This document shows positions 17,631 through 26,901 of a stretch of DNA of 51,371 nt, in pieces (position 1 is the stretch's first letter; each line of letters begins with the position of its first letter). Both the position numbers and the translations under genes were made by a program. The DNA lies in NCBI GenBank assembly GCA_017628305.1, contig JAGBZI010000097.1, positions 1-51,371 on the forward strand, read 5' to 3'. Source of the stretch: Tidjanibacter sp. (GTDB lineage: Bacteria > Bacteroidota > Bacteroidia > Bacteroidales > Rikenellaceae). Below the pieces are notes generated by a model, which was given only the letters and a program-made list of their open reading frames with translations, had not been told where the DNA came from and did not search any database.

Positions 17631-19658
17631 ATGTCTAAACGCCTATCAATCATTGAAAACGACAGTTGGCTCGAGCCCGTAGAGGGCGAGCTTAACTATC
17701 GACATAATCTCTTCACCGACGCCCTGAAGACCATCGAGGATGCCTCTGGGTCGATTGTCGATTTCGCTAATGGCTATCGCTATTTCGGTTTCCAGAGGGA
17801 CGAACGCAACAAAGGTTGGTGGTTCCGCGAGTGGCTGCCCGCAGCCGAGAGTGTATTCCTCTTTGGCGACTTCAACGGTTGGGACCGCACCTCGCTCCCG
17901 CTGTTCAAAAACTCGCAGACGGGTGTGTGGAGCATCTTCCTTTCGGACCGCGAATACCACTTGGCCCACGGCATGCTCTACAAGATTCTTGTGACCGGTG
18001 CCAACGGTACCCACGAACGCATACCGGCTTGGGTGACCCGCGCTGTGCAGGACGACATCACCAAGAACTTCACCGCTCAGTTTTGGAACCCCTCGGAGCC
18101 CTTCGATTGGGGGAACGACAGGTTTCGCATCGAGCGTAGCGAGGGGCTCTTCATCTATGAGTGCCACATAGGCATGGCGCAGGAGAAGGAGGGTGTGGGC
18201 ACCTACACCGAGTTCATGGAGAATACCCTTCCCCGTGTGAAGGAGGCGGGCTACAACGCCATTCAGGTGATGGGTATTGCCGAGCACCCCTACTATGGCA
18301 GCTATGGCTACCATGTTGCCAACTTCTTTGCCCCCTCATCGAGGTTCGGAACTCCCGAGGAGCTCAAGGCGCTGGTGAAGAGGGCTCACGACATGAATAT
18401 TGCTGTGATTATGGACCTTGTTCATGCCCACTATGTGAAGAACTTTGCAGAGGGTATCAACGAGCTCGACGGTTCGCCCAACCTCTACTCGCTCGAGGGT
18501 GAGGCGGGCTATCAGCAGTATTGGGACTCCAAGATTTTCGACTTCGGCAAGCGCGAGGTGGCACATTTTCTGCTCTCCAATGTGAAGTACTGGATGGAGG
18601 AGTTCCACATCGACGGCTACCGCTTCGACGGTGTCACCTCGATGCTCTACTACCACCACGGCTACACCGAGTTTGACTGCCGCGAAAAGTATTTCGATGC
18701 GGGCGTTAATCGCGATGCTATCACCTATCTGAAGCTTGCTAACCACTTGGTACACACCCTCCGAGAGGATGCGGTGACCATTGCGGAGGATGTGAGTGGC
18801 ATGCCCGGAATTGCAGACCCTGTGGCTGCCGGTGGCATAGGTTTCGACTATCGTTTGGCGATGGGTGTGCCCGACTTCTGGATTAAGATGCTCAAGGAGG
18901 TGCCTGACGAGAATTGGAATGTGTGGGACATCTGGAATGTGCTCAACAATCGTGGCAACAACACCCAGACCATCTCCTACTGCGAGTCGCACGACCAAGC
19001 CATGCAGGGCGACCAGACGATTGCTTTCCGCCTGTTGCAGACGGCCATGTACGACGCGATGCACACCTCCAGCCACAATCCCGTGGTGGATAGGGGAGTG
19101 GCTCTGCACAAGATGATACGCCTTGTGACCGCCTCGTTGGGAGGTCAGGGCTATCTCAACTTCATGGGCAACGAGTTTGGCCACCCCGAGTGGATTGACT
19201 TCCCGAGGGTGGGGAATAATTGGAGCTACAGCCACGCACGCCGCCAGTGGTCGCTGGTGGATAACACCGAGTTGCGCTACCACGCCCTCGGCGAGTTCGA
19301 TAAGGCTATGCTGCGACTGCTAACCCGCTACAATCAGCTCGGCATGGGCTATGCCAACCAGCTGGCCATGTACGACGGCGACGGTGTGATGGTCTACAAC
19401 CACGGTCCTCTGGTCTACTTCTTCAACTGGAACCCCTCGAGGAGTGTGCCCGACTACATCATTCCCGTGCCCGAGGCGGGTGTCTATGGCATTGTGCTCT
19501 CCACCGATGAGGAGCGCTTCGGCGGCTTTGAGCGCAACGAGCTCGATGGCGAGTTCCACACCTTCTCGCGCAAGGATGACGACGGAGTAGTGCGCCACTA
19601 CATGAAGATTTACTCGGTGGCTCGCACCGCTACAATCTTCAAGAAGCTCAGAGATTAG
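17631..19658 (+). CDS. glgB: 1,4-alpha-glucan branching enzyme (GH13)
   Basis: FREWLP, GDFNGW, IYECHIG, YRFDGVTSM (nucleophile), AED, ESHD, FMGNEFGHPEWIDFPR. Confidence 0.95.
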   Translation: MSKRLSIIENDSWLEPVEGELNYRHNLFTDALKTIEDASGSIVDFANGYRYFGFQRDERNKGWWFREWLPAAESVFLFGDFNGWDRTSLPLFKNSQTGVWSIFLSDREYHLAHGMLYKILVTGANGTHERIPAWVTRAVQDDITKNFTAQFWNPSEPFDWGNDRFRIERSEGLFIYECHIGMAQEKEGVGTYTEFMENTLPRVKEAGYNAIQVMGIAEHPYYGSYGYHVANFFAPSSRFGTPEELKALVKRAHDMNIAVIMDLVHAHYVKNFAEGINELDGSPNLYSLEGEAGYQQYWDSKIFDFGKREVAHFLLSNVKYWMEEFHIDGYRFDGVTSMLYYHHGYTEFDCREKYFDAGVNRDAITYLKLANHLVHTLREDAVTIAEDVSGMPGIADPVAAGGIGFDYRLAMGVPDFWIKMLKEVPDENWNVWDIWNVLNNRGNNTQTISYCESHDQAMQGDQTIAFRLLQTAMYDAMHTSSHNPVVDRGVALHKMIRLVTASLGGQGYLNFMGNEFGHPEWIDFPRVGNNWSYSHARRQWSLVDNTELRYHALGEFDKAMLRLLTRYNQLGMGYANQLAMYDGDGVMVYNHGPLVYFFNWNPSRSVPDYIIPVPEAGVYGIVLSTDEERFGGFERNELDGEFHTFSRKDDDGVVRHYMKIYSVARTATIFKKLRD

Positions 19659-19708
19659 AATAAAGGTGGGGGATGCCAATTTTACCCCCTGCTAATATAT
19701 CGCTGATT

Positions 19709-20158
19709 ATGAAAAGGATAGTTATTTTGGCAATGTTGCTGCTGACGGTGGCATCGTTGCAGGCCCAAGACGACCAATTCAAGGCTTTTGGGCAGAAGTA
19801 TGAGAAGAGTGAGGGGTATGAGGTTGCCTCTGTGGGCCGCACGGGCATAAGGCTTGCGGCCATGGCGGGCGACAAGGAGAGCCGCGAGATGATGCGCAAG
19901 ATTGACCTTCTGGTCGTTGTGAGCCGCCCTGTGGGGGAGGATGAGGCCCTCAAGGAGGATTTCGACTCGTTGGTCGATGGCTACACCCTTGTGAGTGACT
20001 ACGCTAAGGATGGGAACAGGGCGTGGGTCTATATCAATGGGAAGAATACCGCCTTTGCGATGTATATGAGCACCCCCGAGTCGCAGCAGGTGATGTTGCT
20101 CACGGGCCGAGAGCTCGACCTCCACGAACTCCTACCGACAAAAATGGTGAACAATTAA
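19709..20158 (+). CDS. Exported protein, DUF4252-like
   Basis: Signal peptide ending SLQA-Q; about 150 aa; C-terminal LLTGRELDL resembling DUF4252. Confidence 0.6.
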   Translation: MKRIVILAMLLLTVASLQAQDDQFKAFGQKYEKSEGYEVASVGRTGIRLAAMAGDKESREMMRKIDLLVVVSRPVGEDEALKEDFDSLVDGYTLVSDYAKDGNRAWVYINGKNTAFAMYMSTPESQQVMLLTGRELDLHELLPTKMVNN

Positions 20159-20197
20159 AACAGAACGGAAGCCTGCAGCAGGCTTCCGTTCTGTTTT
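20157..20197. terminator. Bidirectional terminator, 20-bp inverted repeat
   Basis: AAAACAGAACGGAAGCCTGC-A-GCAGGCTTCCGTTCTGTTTT between convergent genes. Confidence 0.88.
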
Positions 20198-20277
20198 TGT
20201 AGTGCGTTGATAGGGGGTGCCTCTTGCGGCGGCTGCTCAAATTGGAATTTAGCGTCAGGCGACGGCCGACAGCTATT

Positions 20278-20649
20278 TTATGGCTGCTTTGCGGTGGGGA
20301 CGGCGAAGATGACCACCAAGCAACCAATCGCTCCCAAGATCGCCACAATCCAGTCCACCACACGGGAGTCGATAACCAGCACTACCGAGCAGGTCACCAT
20401 GCTCACCATGAGTGCTATGACAAAGAGTTTAGTGGAGGGGCGCATGCCGCCACGGCTCTGGTAACTACGCACATAGAGGCCAAGTGGCGACTCCAGTAGC
20501 CACTCCTGCAAGCGGGGTGAGGAGCGGTAGAAAAGCCACGAGGCGGCAAGCAGGAATGGGGTGGTGGGCAGCCCGGGGACTACCACACCAATGGTTCCCA
20601 ATGCCACACACAAGCAGCCGATAACTATGTAGATTCTGCGCCTAATCAT
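20278..20649 (-). CDS. YbaN/DUF454 family inner membrane protein
   Basis: GVVVPGLPTTPFLLAA...RSSPRL..WL signature. Confidence 0.93.
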   Translation of the reverse strand: MIRRRIYIVIGCLCVALGTIGVVVPGLPTTPFLLAASWLFYRSSPRLQEWLLESPLGLYVRSYQSRGGMRPSTKLFVIALMVSMVTCSVVLVIDSRVVDWIVAILGAIGCLVVIFAVPTAKQP

Positions 20650-20655
20650 CGCTCA

Positions 20656-23600
20656 CTACTTCACTTCAACAACCTCACCAAGGGTGATATACCACAAATA
20701 GCCCCTCACCGTGGTGTAGCCCATGCGGCCGAGGAGCTCGGCGTAGTGCTCAATCTGGGAGCGATGTTTGGGGCTCTTTTCGTGGCCAAACTTGTAGTCC
20801 AAAACCACCGCCTCCTCTCCGCGCGTCATAACCCTGTCGGGGCGCCACGATGAGCCGCGGTCGATTATCTCGTTCTCCCTTCTTATCCTCTCCCACGAGC
20901 CGTCGAACCACTCGGCAACACGCTTGTCGGTGAGTGCCTCATCGATTTTGCGGCGCAACTCCGTGGCCTCCTGCTGGCCAATGAGCGACCCGGCAACCTG
21001 AAGCTCCACGGCGCGATAGATGTCGTCCACCGTTTCGACCTGCTCCATGGCTTTGTGCATCAGAATGCCGAAGTCTTGGGGTGCAAACCCCTCGCCACAA
21101 CTCTTCTCGTCGTAGCGCTGGTGGGAGTAGCGCACAGCCACACGACCCTCCGGCGAGTAGGTTGCAAACTTGGAGGGCTCGGTGGATTTCTCCCTCTTGG
21201 GCTGGTAGGGCTGGGGGGTGCCATACTCAACGACTCTGCAACTCTCCGACACCCCTGCCATATCCCTGATAATTCGCCCGATAGTCATCGAGTTGGCAAA
21301 CTGTCGGCTCGGTTGCGAGGAGAGTATGTGGAGTTCGCGTTTGGCGCGTGTGATGGCCACATAGAGTGCGTTGAGGGCGTCGATGGCGGCCATGGTCTGC
21401 TCGGTGTAGATGCTGTGGGAGAAGCTGCTTGCTGTGAGAGATGGTTTGTACTTCACGGGGAACTTCGTAATCCTCTCCGAGAGTGGGGTGTTGGGCTCAA
21501 TCCACACATTACTCCTCAACTTGGGGGTGAGCGACCAATTGCAGTCGGGGATGACCACGGCATTGAATCCCAGACCCTTAGCCTTGTGAATGGTGATGAT
21601 GGTTATGGCGTTGGCCAGCTGGGGGAGCGTCACCGACTTGGTGGAGCCCACCTCCTCCCACCACTTCACAAAGAGGGCGGTGTCGGCAATGTTGTGTGCC
21701 GTGTAGTCGATAATCTGGCTGTGGAAAGCCTGCATAAAGGGAACCTCCTCGGGGATATTGAGGGTGGGGTAGTGGAGTAGCAGTTCGTTGAAGGCCTCCT
21801 CGGGGTGGAGCAGTGCCAGCGAGGAGATGAAGTCGCCCTCCTGCTCCGAGAGGGGCTGGGTGAAGGGCTTATTGAAGTAGGCGTTGTAGAGCGCGAGCGC
21901 CACATCGTGTGTGGGGTTGGTGGCGAGGGTCAGGGTGGCCACGGCAAACTGCACAGCTTTGGAGCTCTTGATGGCCAGAGCCTCTTGGGTGACCACATCG
22001 AATATGTATCGAGGGTCGCGCTCGGGGTTGTTTTTGTACTTGAGGATTTCGGTGGCAATCTCTCGTGCATCCTTGTTGGTGCGCACCAAAATGGCGATGT
22101 CGCTCGCCTTGTAGCCCCTCTCTTGCAGCTCCTCGATGCGTCGTATGGCGGGGTGGATGGTGTACTCCTTGTCGTAGAGTTCCACGGTTACATAGCCGCT
22201 CTCGGCACCCTCCTTAACCTTCTGTGTGTGACCCTTGTAGGCGGTGGTCACCAGCCCTGCCAGGTGGTCGGCCAATGCGGGTGTCAGGTAGCCCTCGTCG
22301 CACCCCTTGCGGAGCCCCTCCTCGAGGTGGGAAGCGATGGCACCACAGGCATACTCCGTCAGCGAGTTGTTGAACTCCACCACCTCGCGTGTGCTGCGTC
22401 GGTTTACCTCCAAAGGCTCGGTTGTGACATCGCTGAACTCCCTCTCGACACCGCTTGCCAGAAGGCTCCAGTCGCCACCCCTCCAGCGGTAGATGGACTG
22501 CTTCACATCGCCCACCAACAGCACCGGTGCTCCCTCGCTCTGCGAGAGTGCATTGTGGAGCAGAGGGGTAAAGTTGTTCCACTGTAGGGTGGAGGTGTCC
22601 TGAAACTCGTCAATCATGAAGTAGTCGTAGCGGTTGCCCGCCTTTTCGTAGATGAAGGGTGCGTCGTTGCCCCTCACGAGCTCCGAGATGAGTTTTGTGA
22701 CATCCGAAATGGGGAGTATGTCATTTTCGTTGCAGAGGTCGTCGATGCGGCTGCGCAGGTCAGCCAGCAGCGCAAATTCGCGGTAGTGGCCGGCCAATAT
22801 ATATTGGTCGCCCGAGGCCTTGAGGTACTCCTTGCGTGCCTCGATAATCTCGACAAGGAGAGAGTGGAATTGAGGGGCGAGAGAGTCGATGGCTTTGTTG
22901 GCAGGCCTATTGCTTTTGGGGTGCCATGCGCCGTCGTTCAGCGCCGCCTCCATGCGGCTTGTCACATTTTTGAAGATGATGCCTTGCGACGCCTTCTCGG
23001 CTGCCACGCCCACACCACTGCTGCGTCCTCCCGTGAAATCCTCCACCCCGATGCCGTGGCGACCCATCAGCTCCATGAATTGGCTTCCGGCACTCTTGTA
23101 GCGGCTCATAGCTTGTTTGGTTTGTCGGATGCTGGCTGTGGCGAGCGCTTCGAGCTCGGGCTTGTCGTCGGCGGTGATGGCCGAGTTGCGATACTCCTCC
23201 TTGAAGAGTTCGCTGCCGAGCTCCACAAGCTCCTTGCGGATGTCCCACGAGTGCTCCTCGGAGATGCTCTCGCCCACATACCCCTCGACCCACTTGTGCA
23301 GGTCGGAGTTGTCGGCCACATTGTCGAGTATGCGGTCGGCAGCCTGTTCGAGCAGTGTGTCGGGGTTGAGCTCGAGGTTGAAGCCGAGGTCCACCCCAAT
23401 CTCCTTGACGAAGGCCCTCATGATGCGCTGGAAGAACTTGTCGATGGTCATCACAGCGAAGTTGTTGTAGTCGTGGAGGATAAATCCGAGCGCAAGGGAT
23501 GCTTGTCGGCGCACCTTGTCGAAATCATAGCCTTGTCGTTGGAGGTCGCTATCGAAGTCGCTCTGTTTGCCTGCGGCCAGCAGGTGGAGTTGCTCGAGGA

Positions 23601-23760
23601 TGCGCCCTTTGAGCTCGTCGGTGGCCTTGTTGGTGAAGGTCACGGCGAGGATGTGTCGATAGTTGTTGGGTTCCTCGAGGAGGGTTTTTATGTAGTTGAG
23701 TGCCAAGCGGTAGGTTTTGCCCGAGCCCGCCGAGGCACTGAGGATTTCGACTTTGCCCAT
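20656..23760 (-). CDS. addA: AddA-like UvrD helicase with C-terminal PD-(D/E)XK nuclease
   Basis: ASAGSGKT, AVTFTNKA, IDEFQDTS, VGDVKQSIYRWRGG, TIHKAKGL, YVAITRA; C-terminal RPDR..VLDYK; start moved to ATG 23760. Confidence 0.88.
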   Translation of the reverse strand: MGKVEILSASAGSGKTYRLALNYIKTLLEEPNNYRHILAVTFTNKATDELKGRILEQLHLLAAGKQSDFDSDLQRQGYDFDKVRRQASLALGFILHDYNNFAVMTIDKFFQRIMRAFVKEIGVDLGFNLELNPDTLLEQAADRILDNVADNSDLHKWVEGYVGESISEEHSWDIRKELVELGSELFKEEYRNSAITADDKPELEALATASIRQTKQAMSRYKSAGSQFMELMGRHGIGVEDFTGGRSSGVGVAAEKASQGIIFKNVTSRMEAALNDGAWHPKSNRPANKAIDSLAPQFHSLLVEIIEARKEYLKASGDQYILAGHYREFALLADLRSRIDDLCNENDILPISDVTKLISELVRGNDAPFIYEKAGNRYDYFMIDEFQDTSTLQWNNFTPLLHNALSQSEGAPVLLVGDVKQSIYRWRGGDWSLLASGVEREFSDVTTEPLEVNRRSTREVVEFNNSLTEYACGAIASHLEEGLRKGCDEGYLTPALADHLAGLVTTAYKGHTQKVKEGAESGYVTVELYDKEYTIHPAIRRIEELQERGYKASDIAILVRTNKDAREIATEILKYKNNPERDPRYIFDVVTQEALAIKSSKAVQFAVATLTLATNPTHDVALALYNAYFNKPFTQPLSEQEGDFISSLALLHPEEAFNELLLHYPTLNIPEEVPFMQAFHSQIIDYTAHNIADTALFVKWWEEVGSTKSVTLPQLANAITIITIHKAKGLGFNAVVIPDCNWSLTPKLRSNVWIEPNTPLSERITKFPVKYKPSLTASSFSHSIYTEQTMAAIDALNALYVAITRAKRELHILSSQPSRQFANSMTIGRIIRDMAGVSESCRVVEYGTPQPYQPKREKSTEPSKFATYSPEGRVAVRYSHQRYDEKSCGEGFAPQDFGILMHKAMEQVETVDDIYRAVELQVAGSLIGQQEATELRRKIDEALTDKRVAEWFDGSWERIRRENEIIDRGSSWRPDRVMTRGEEAVVLDYKFGHEKSPKHRSQIEHYAELLGRMGYTTVRGYLWYITLGEVVEVK

Positions 23761-23791
23761 TTGGAGTTGAAAGATTGAAACAAAATTTGTA

Positions 23792-23838
23792 TAAAGGTAG
23801 CGACAATTTGTGAAACCCACAAAAAAATCCTACCTTTG
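23792..23838. promoter_or_regulatory. Overlapping divergent promoters for addA and addB
   Basis: Plus strand: TTTG 23807-10, 20 nt, TACCTTTG 23831-38. Minus strand: TTTG 23820-23, 20 nt, TACCTTTA 23792-99. Confidence 0.7.
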
Positions 23839-23841
23839 GCT

Positions 23842-26748
23842 ATGGAAAAATTTTTGGAGAGAGTTGCTGCCGACCTTTGGGAGAGGTATGGCGAGAGGGT
23901 TGGGGAGCTTAAGGTGTTGCTGCCCAATGTGCGTACAAGGGTATTTTTTGTGGATGCCCTTTCGAGGGTTGCCGACCGCCCCATCTGGTCGCCGGAGTTC
24001 ATCTCCATCGACTCGCTGATGGTGGAGCTCGCGGGACTCGAGAGGGTCGACCCCATTGTGGCCATCACCGAGCTCTTCAAGGTCTACACCGAATTCCACC
24101 CCGACGAGAGTTTCGACACCTTCTACCGCTGGGGCGAGGTGTTGCTCAGCGACTATGATGCAATTGATAAGTATCACATCGACGCTCCTATGCTCTTCGC
24201 CAACATCGCAGATCTTAAGGATGTTGATGCCGCTTTGGAGGATTATCTTAGGCCCGAACAGCTCCAGATGGTGCGACGCTTCTGGCGCGAGTTTAGCTCC
24301 GGTGGTCGCCGCTCCGAGCACAAGGAGGAGTTTTGGACTATTTGGCGCACACTGCTCCCCATCTACCACAAATATCGCGCAAGGCTCGAGAAGTTGGGGG
24401 TGGGATACACAGGCATGATTTACCGCCGAGCCACCGACCGTCTGGAGAGCCACGAGATGGAGCTCCCCGCGGGTGGCTATGTTGTTGTGGGATTCAATGC
24501 CCTCTCCGAGAGCGAGAAACGACTCTTCAACCATCTCCAAACGGCGCATGAGTCCGACTTCTATTGGGATTGGGACGACTACTACCTGCGCGACGATAAG
24601 CAGGAGGCGGGTCTGTTTGTGCGCGAGAACCTCCGTCGCTACCCTGTGCCCCCCACCTTCCGCCTCGAGAGTTGCTTTGCCAAGCCCAAGGATGTGAGGG
24701 TTGTTTCGACCGCCTCCAACTCGTTGCAGTGTAAGTATGTGGGCGAGTTTGTGGAGCAAATCATCGAGCAGGATGGGGTTGTCGACCGCAATACTGCCAT
24801 TGTGCTCACCGACGAAGGGTTGCTATCGCCGCTGCTCTACTCGCTGCCCGACGGGGCCGAACATATCAACATCACCATGGGCTATCCGCTCAGTTCCACG
24901 CTCGCTTACAGCTTTGTGGATAGGGTGTTGGGCCTCCAGCTACGCGCACGCAAGAGCCGCGAGGGGGTCGTCAGTTTCTACCACTCCGATGTGGAGGGGC
25001 TGCTCACTCACCCCTTTGTGGTGGCTCTCGACCGCGCGAAATATGTGGCCATCAAGAATGAGGTTGTAAAACGGGGAAAGATGTATGTGCCTGCCCAGAT
25101 GGTTGTGGGACACCACCCCCTTTCGGACCTCATATTCTCCCACCACGACGAGCGTGGCTCGCTGAAGGAGTATCTGCTCGGGGTGTTGGGCGAGGTGGTG
25201 AAGGTGAGGATTGACACACCTTCCGAGGAGGAGGGTGTCAGCCGCCGCCAATCGCTTGCAAGGGAGTGCTTTGGCCTTATAGCAGAGGCTCTTGTGAGGT
25301 GCGACGGAGCACTCGAACGCTGCGGGGTGGAGATGAAGCAGACCACCTATGTGGCACTGTTGCGCCGCATGTTGCAGGGTGTGAGGATTCCCTATAAGGG
25401 TGAGCCCCTGAGCGGTGTGCAGGTGATGGGTATTCTCGAGACGCGCAACCTCGACTTCGACAACATCCTGCTGCTGTCGATGAACGACGATAACTTCCCC
25501 TCGGCGCGTCTGGCCGACATATCCTTCATCCCCTATAACCTTCGCTTCGCCTACGGCATGCCTACTCCGCGCCACAATGAGGGTGTCTATGCCTACTACT
25601 TCTACCGCCTTGTGAGCCGTGCCCGCAGGGTCGATATGGTCTACTGCTCGGTGGCTACCGACAGGGCTACGGGCGAGCAGAGCCGCTACATATACCAGCT
25701 CGACTATGAGAGCCCTCACACACTTCTCCGCATCGATAAGGGACTCAATGTGAGCCTTGCCGAGAACCTCTACCACACGGTGGCCAAGAGGGGTGATGTG
25801 CTCGCCCGCCTCAATGAGTTTCGTGCAGTGGGCACCGAGGAGAGGCCTCGCCGCACCCTCTCTCCCTCGGCTCTCAACAACTATATCCTCTGCCCCCTGA
25901 AGTTCTACTTCTCCTCCGTGGCGGGCATACGCACCGAGGAGGAGATTGAGGAGGGGGTTGATAATGCCCTCTTCGGCACCATCTTCCACAAGGCCATGGA
26001 GAATCTCTATACCAAGCCCTTGGAGGAGAAGGTGCCCCTGCGCAGCTATCTCCAAACCCTCACCCCGGAGGTTGTGCACAAAGCTGTGGTGGATGCCATC
26101 AGCAGCGAGTTTTATGAGGAGGAGGTTCCCGAGGAGGAGTATGGTGGCAAGATTGTAGTTGTGAGGGACACGGTGGAGAGGTATATCACCTCATGCGTTG
26201 TTCCCTTCGACCAGCAGCCCGAGAGGGGTGAATATAGGCTCTGCGGCCTTGAGGAGCGCATCGAGGGAGAGTTCGATTTCGGCGAGGGGAGGGTCTGCTT
26301 TGGCGGCATTGCCGACCGACTCGACCTGCTGGCGGACGGCACTCTGCGCATCATCGACTACAAGACGGGCTCGCTCCACAACGAGTTTGGCTCGTTGGAG
26401 GATATTTTTGCACCCGAGGGTAAGGAGCTCTATGGCCCCATTGTGCAGACGCTGCTCTATGCCATGTTGGCCGAGCGACTGCAGCGCGAGGGTAAGATGG
26501 AGGGAAGCAGGGCCCTGCCGGCTCTCTATTTTGTGCGCTATATGGGTGGTAAGTCGCCCTATTCGCCACTGCTCAACCACAAGAAGGTGGGGCCTGTGGA
26601 GAGTTATGGCGACTATGCCGAGGAGTATGAGGTGCGCTTGGCGGAGCTGTTGCGAGGTCTGTTCGACCCTGCGCGCCCCTTTGAAGCGACCAAGGAGGCG
26701 AGCCGATGTGCTTTCTGCGACTTTGCCAAAATATGCCTAAAGGGGTAA
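23842..26748 (+). CDS. addB: AddB-like protein with PD-(D/E)XK nuclease and Fe-S cysteines
   Basis: QVMGILETRNLDF, YYFYRL, LSPSALNNYILCPLKFY, GIADRLD..IIDYKTG, C-terminal CAFCDFAKIC. Confidence 0.85.
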   Translation: MEKFLERVAADLWERYGERVGELKVLLPNVRTRVFFVDALSRVADRPIWSPEFISIDSLMVELAGLERVDPIVAITELFKVYTEFHPDESFDTFYRWGEVLLSDYDAIDKYHIDAPMLFANIADLKDVDAALEDYLRPEQLQMVRRFWREFSSGGRRSEHKEEFWTIWRTLLPIYHKYRARLEKLGVGYTGMIYRRATDRLESHEMELPAGGYVVVGFNALSESEKRLFNHLQTAHESDFYWDWDDYYLRDDKQEAGLFVRENLRRYPVPPTFRLESCFAKPKDVRVVSTASNSLQCKYVGEFVEQIIEQDGVVDRNTAIVLTDEGLLSPLLYSLPDGAEHINITMGYPLSSTLAYSFVDRVLGLQLRARKSREGVVSFYHSDVEGLLTHPFVVALDRAKYVAIKNEVVKRGKMYVPAQMVVGHHPLSDLIFSHHDERGSLKEYLLGVLGEVVKVRIDTPSEEEGVSRRQSLARECFGLIAEALVRCDGALERCGVEMKQTTYVALLRRMLQGVRIPYKGEPLSGVQVMGILETRNLDFDNILLLSMNDDNFPSARLADISFIPYNLRFAYGMPTPRHNEGVYAYYFYRLVSRARRVDMVYCSVATDRATGEQSRYIYQLDYESPHTLLRIDKGLNVSLAENLYHTVAKRGDVLARLNEFRAVGTEERPRRTLSPSALNNYILCPLKFYFSSVAGIRTEEEIEEGVDNALFGTIFHKAMENLYTKPLEEKVPLRSYLQTLTPEVVHKAVVDAISSEFYEEEVPEEEYGGKIVVVRDTVERYITSCVVPFDQQPERGEYRLCGLEERIEGEFDFGEGRVCFGGIADRLDLLADGTLRIIDYKTGSLHNEFGSLEDIFAPEGKELYGPIVQTLLYAMLAERLQREGKMEGSRALPALYFVRYMGGKSPYSPLLNHKKVGPVESYGDYAEEYEVRLAELLRGLFDPARPFEATKEASRCAFCDFAKICLKG

Positions 26749-26750
26749 AT

Positions 26751-26833
26751 GGCGGTCTGTGGTTGGCGGTCTGCTTTTGGGGAGTTATAGGAGTTGTGGA
26801 AATTTTCAATTTTAATTCTCAATTTTAATTTTT
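26751..26833. repeat. Composite 7-mer/9-mer/7-mer short repeat tract
   Basis: ggcggtc tgtggtt ggcggtc; tggggagtt ataggagtt gtggaaatt; aattttc aatttta attctca atttta. Confidence 0.6.
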
Positions 26834-26901
26834 ATTTCGTAACTTTGTTAGGCTCGAGAGAGTGAACTTACCGAAAGACTATATAACTAATTACTTTGGC
26901 T

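Noticed and set aside
23842-26748. Cas4-like or defence nuclease-helicase system
   Set aside because: Size and motifs fit housekeeping AddAB recombination proteins; the Fe-S cysteines are shared with AddB
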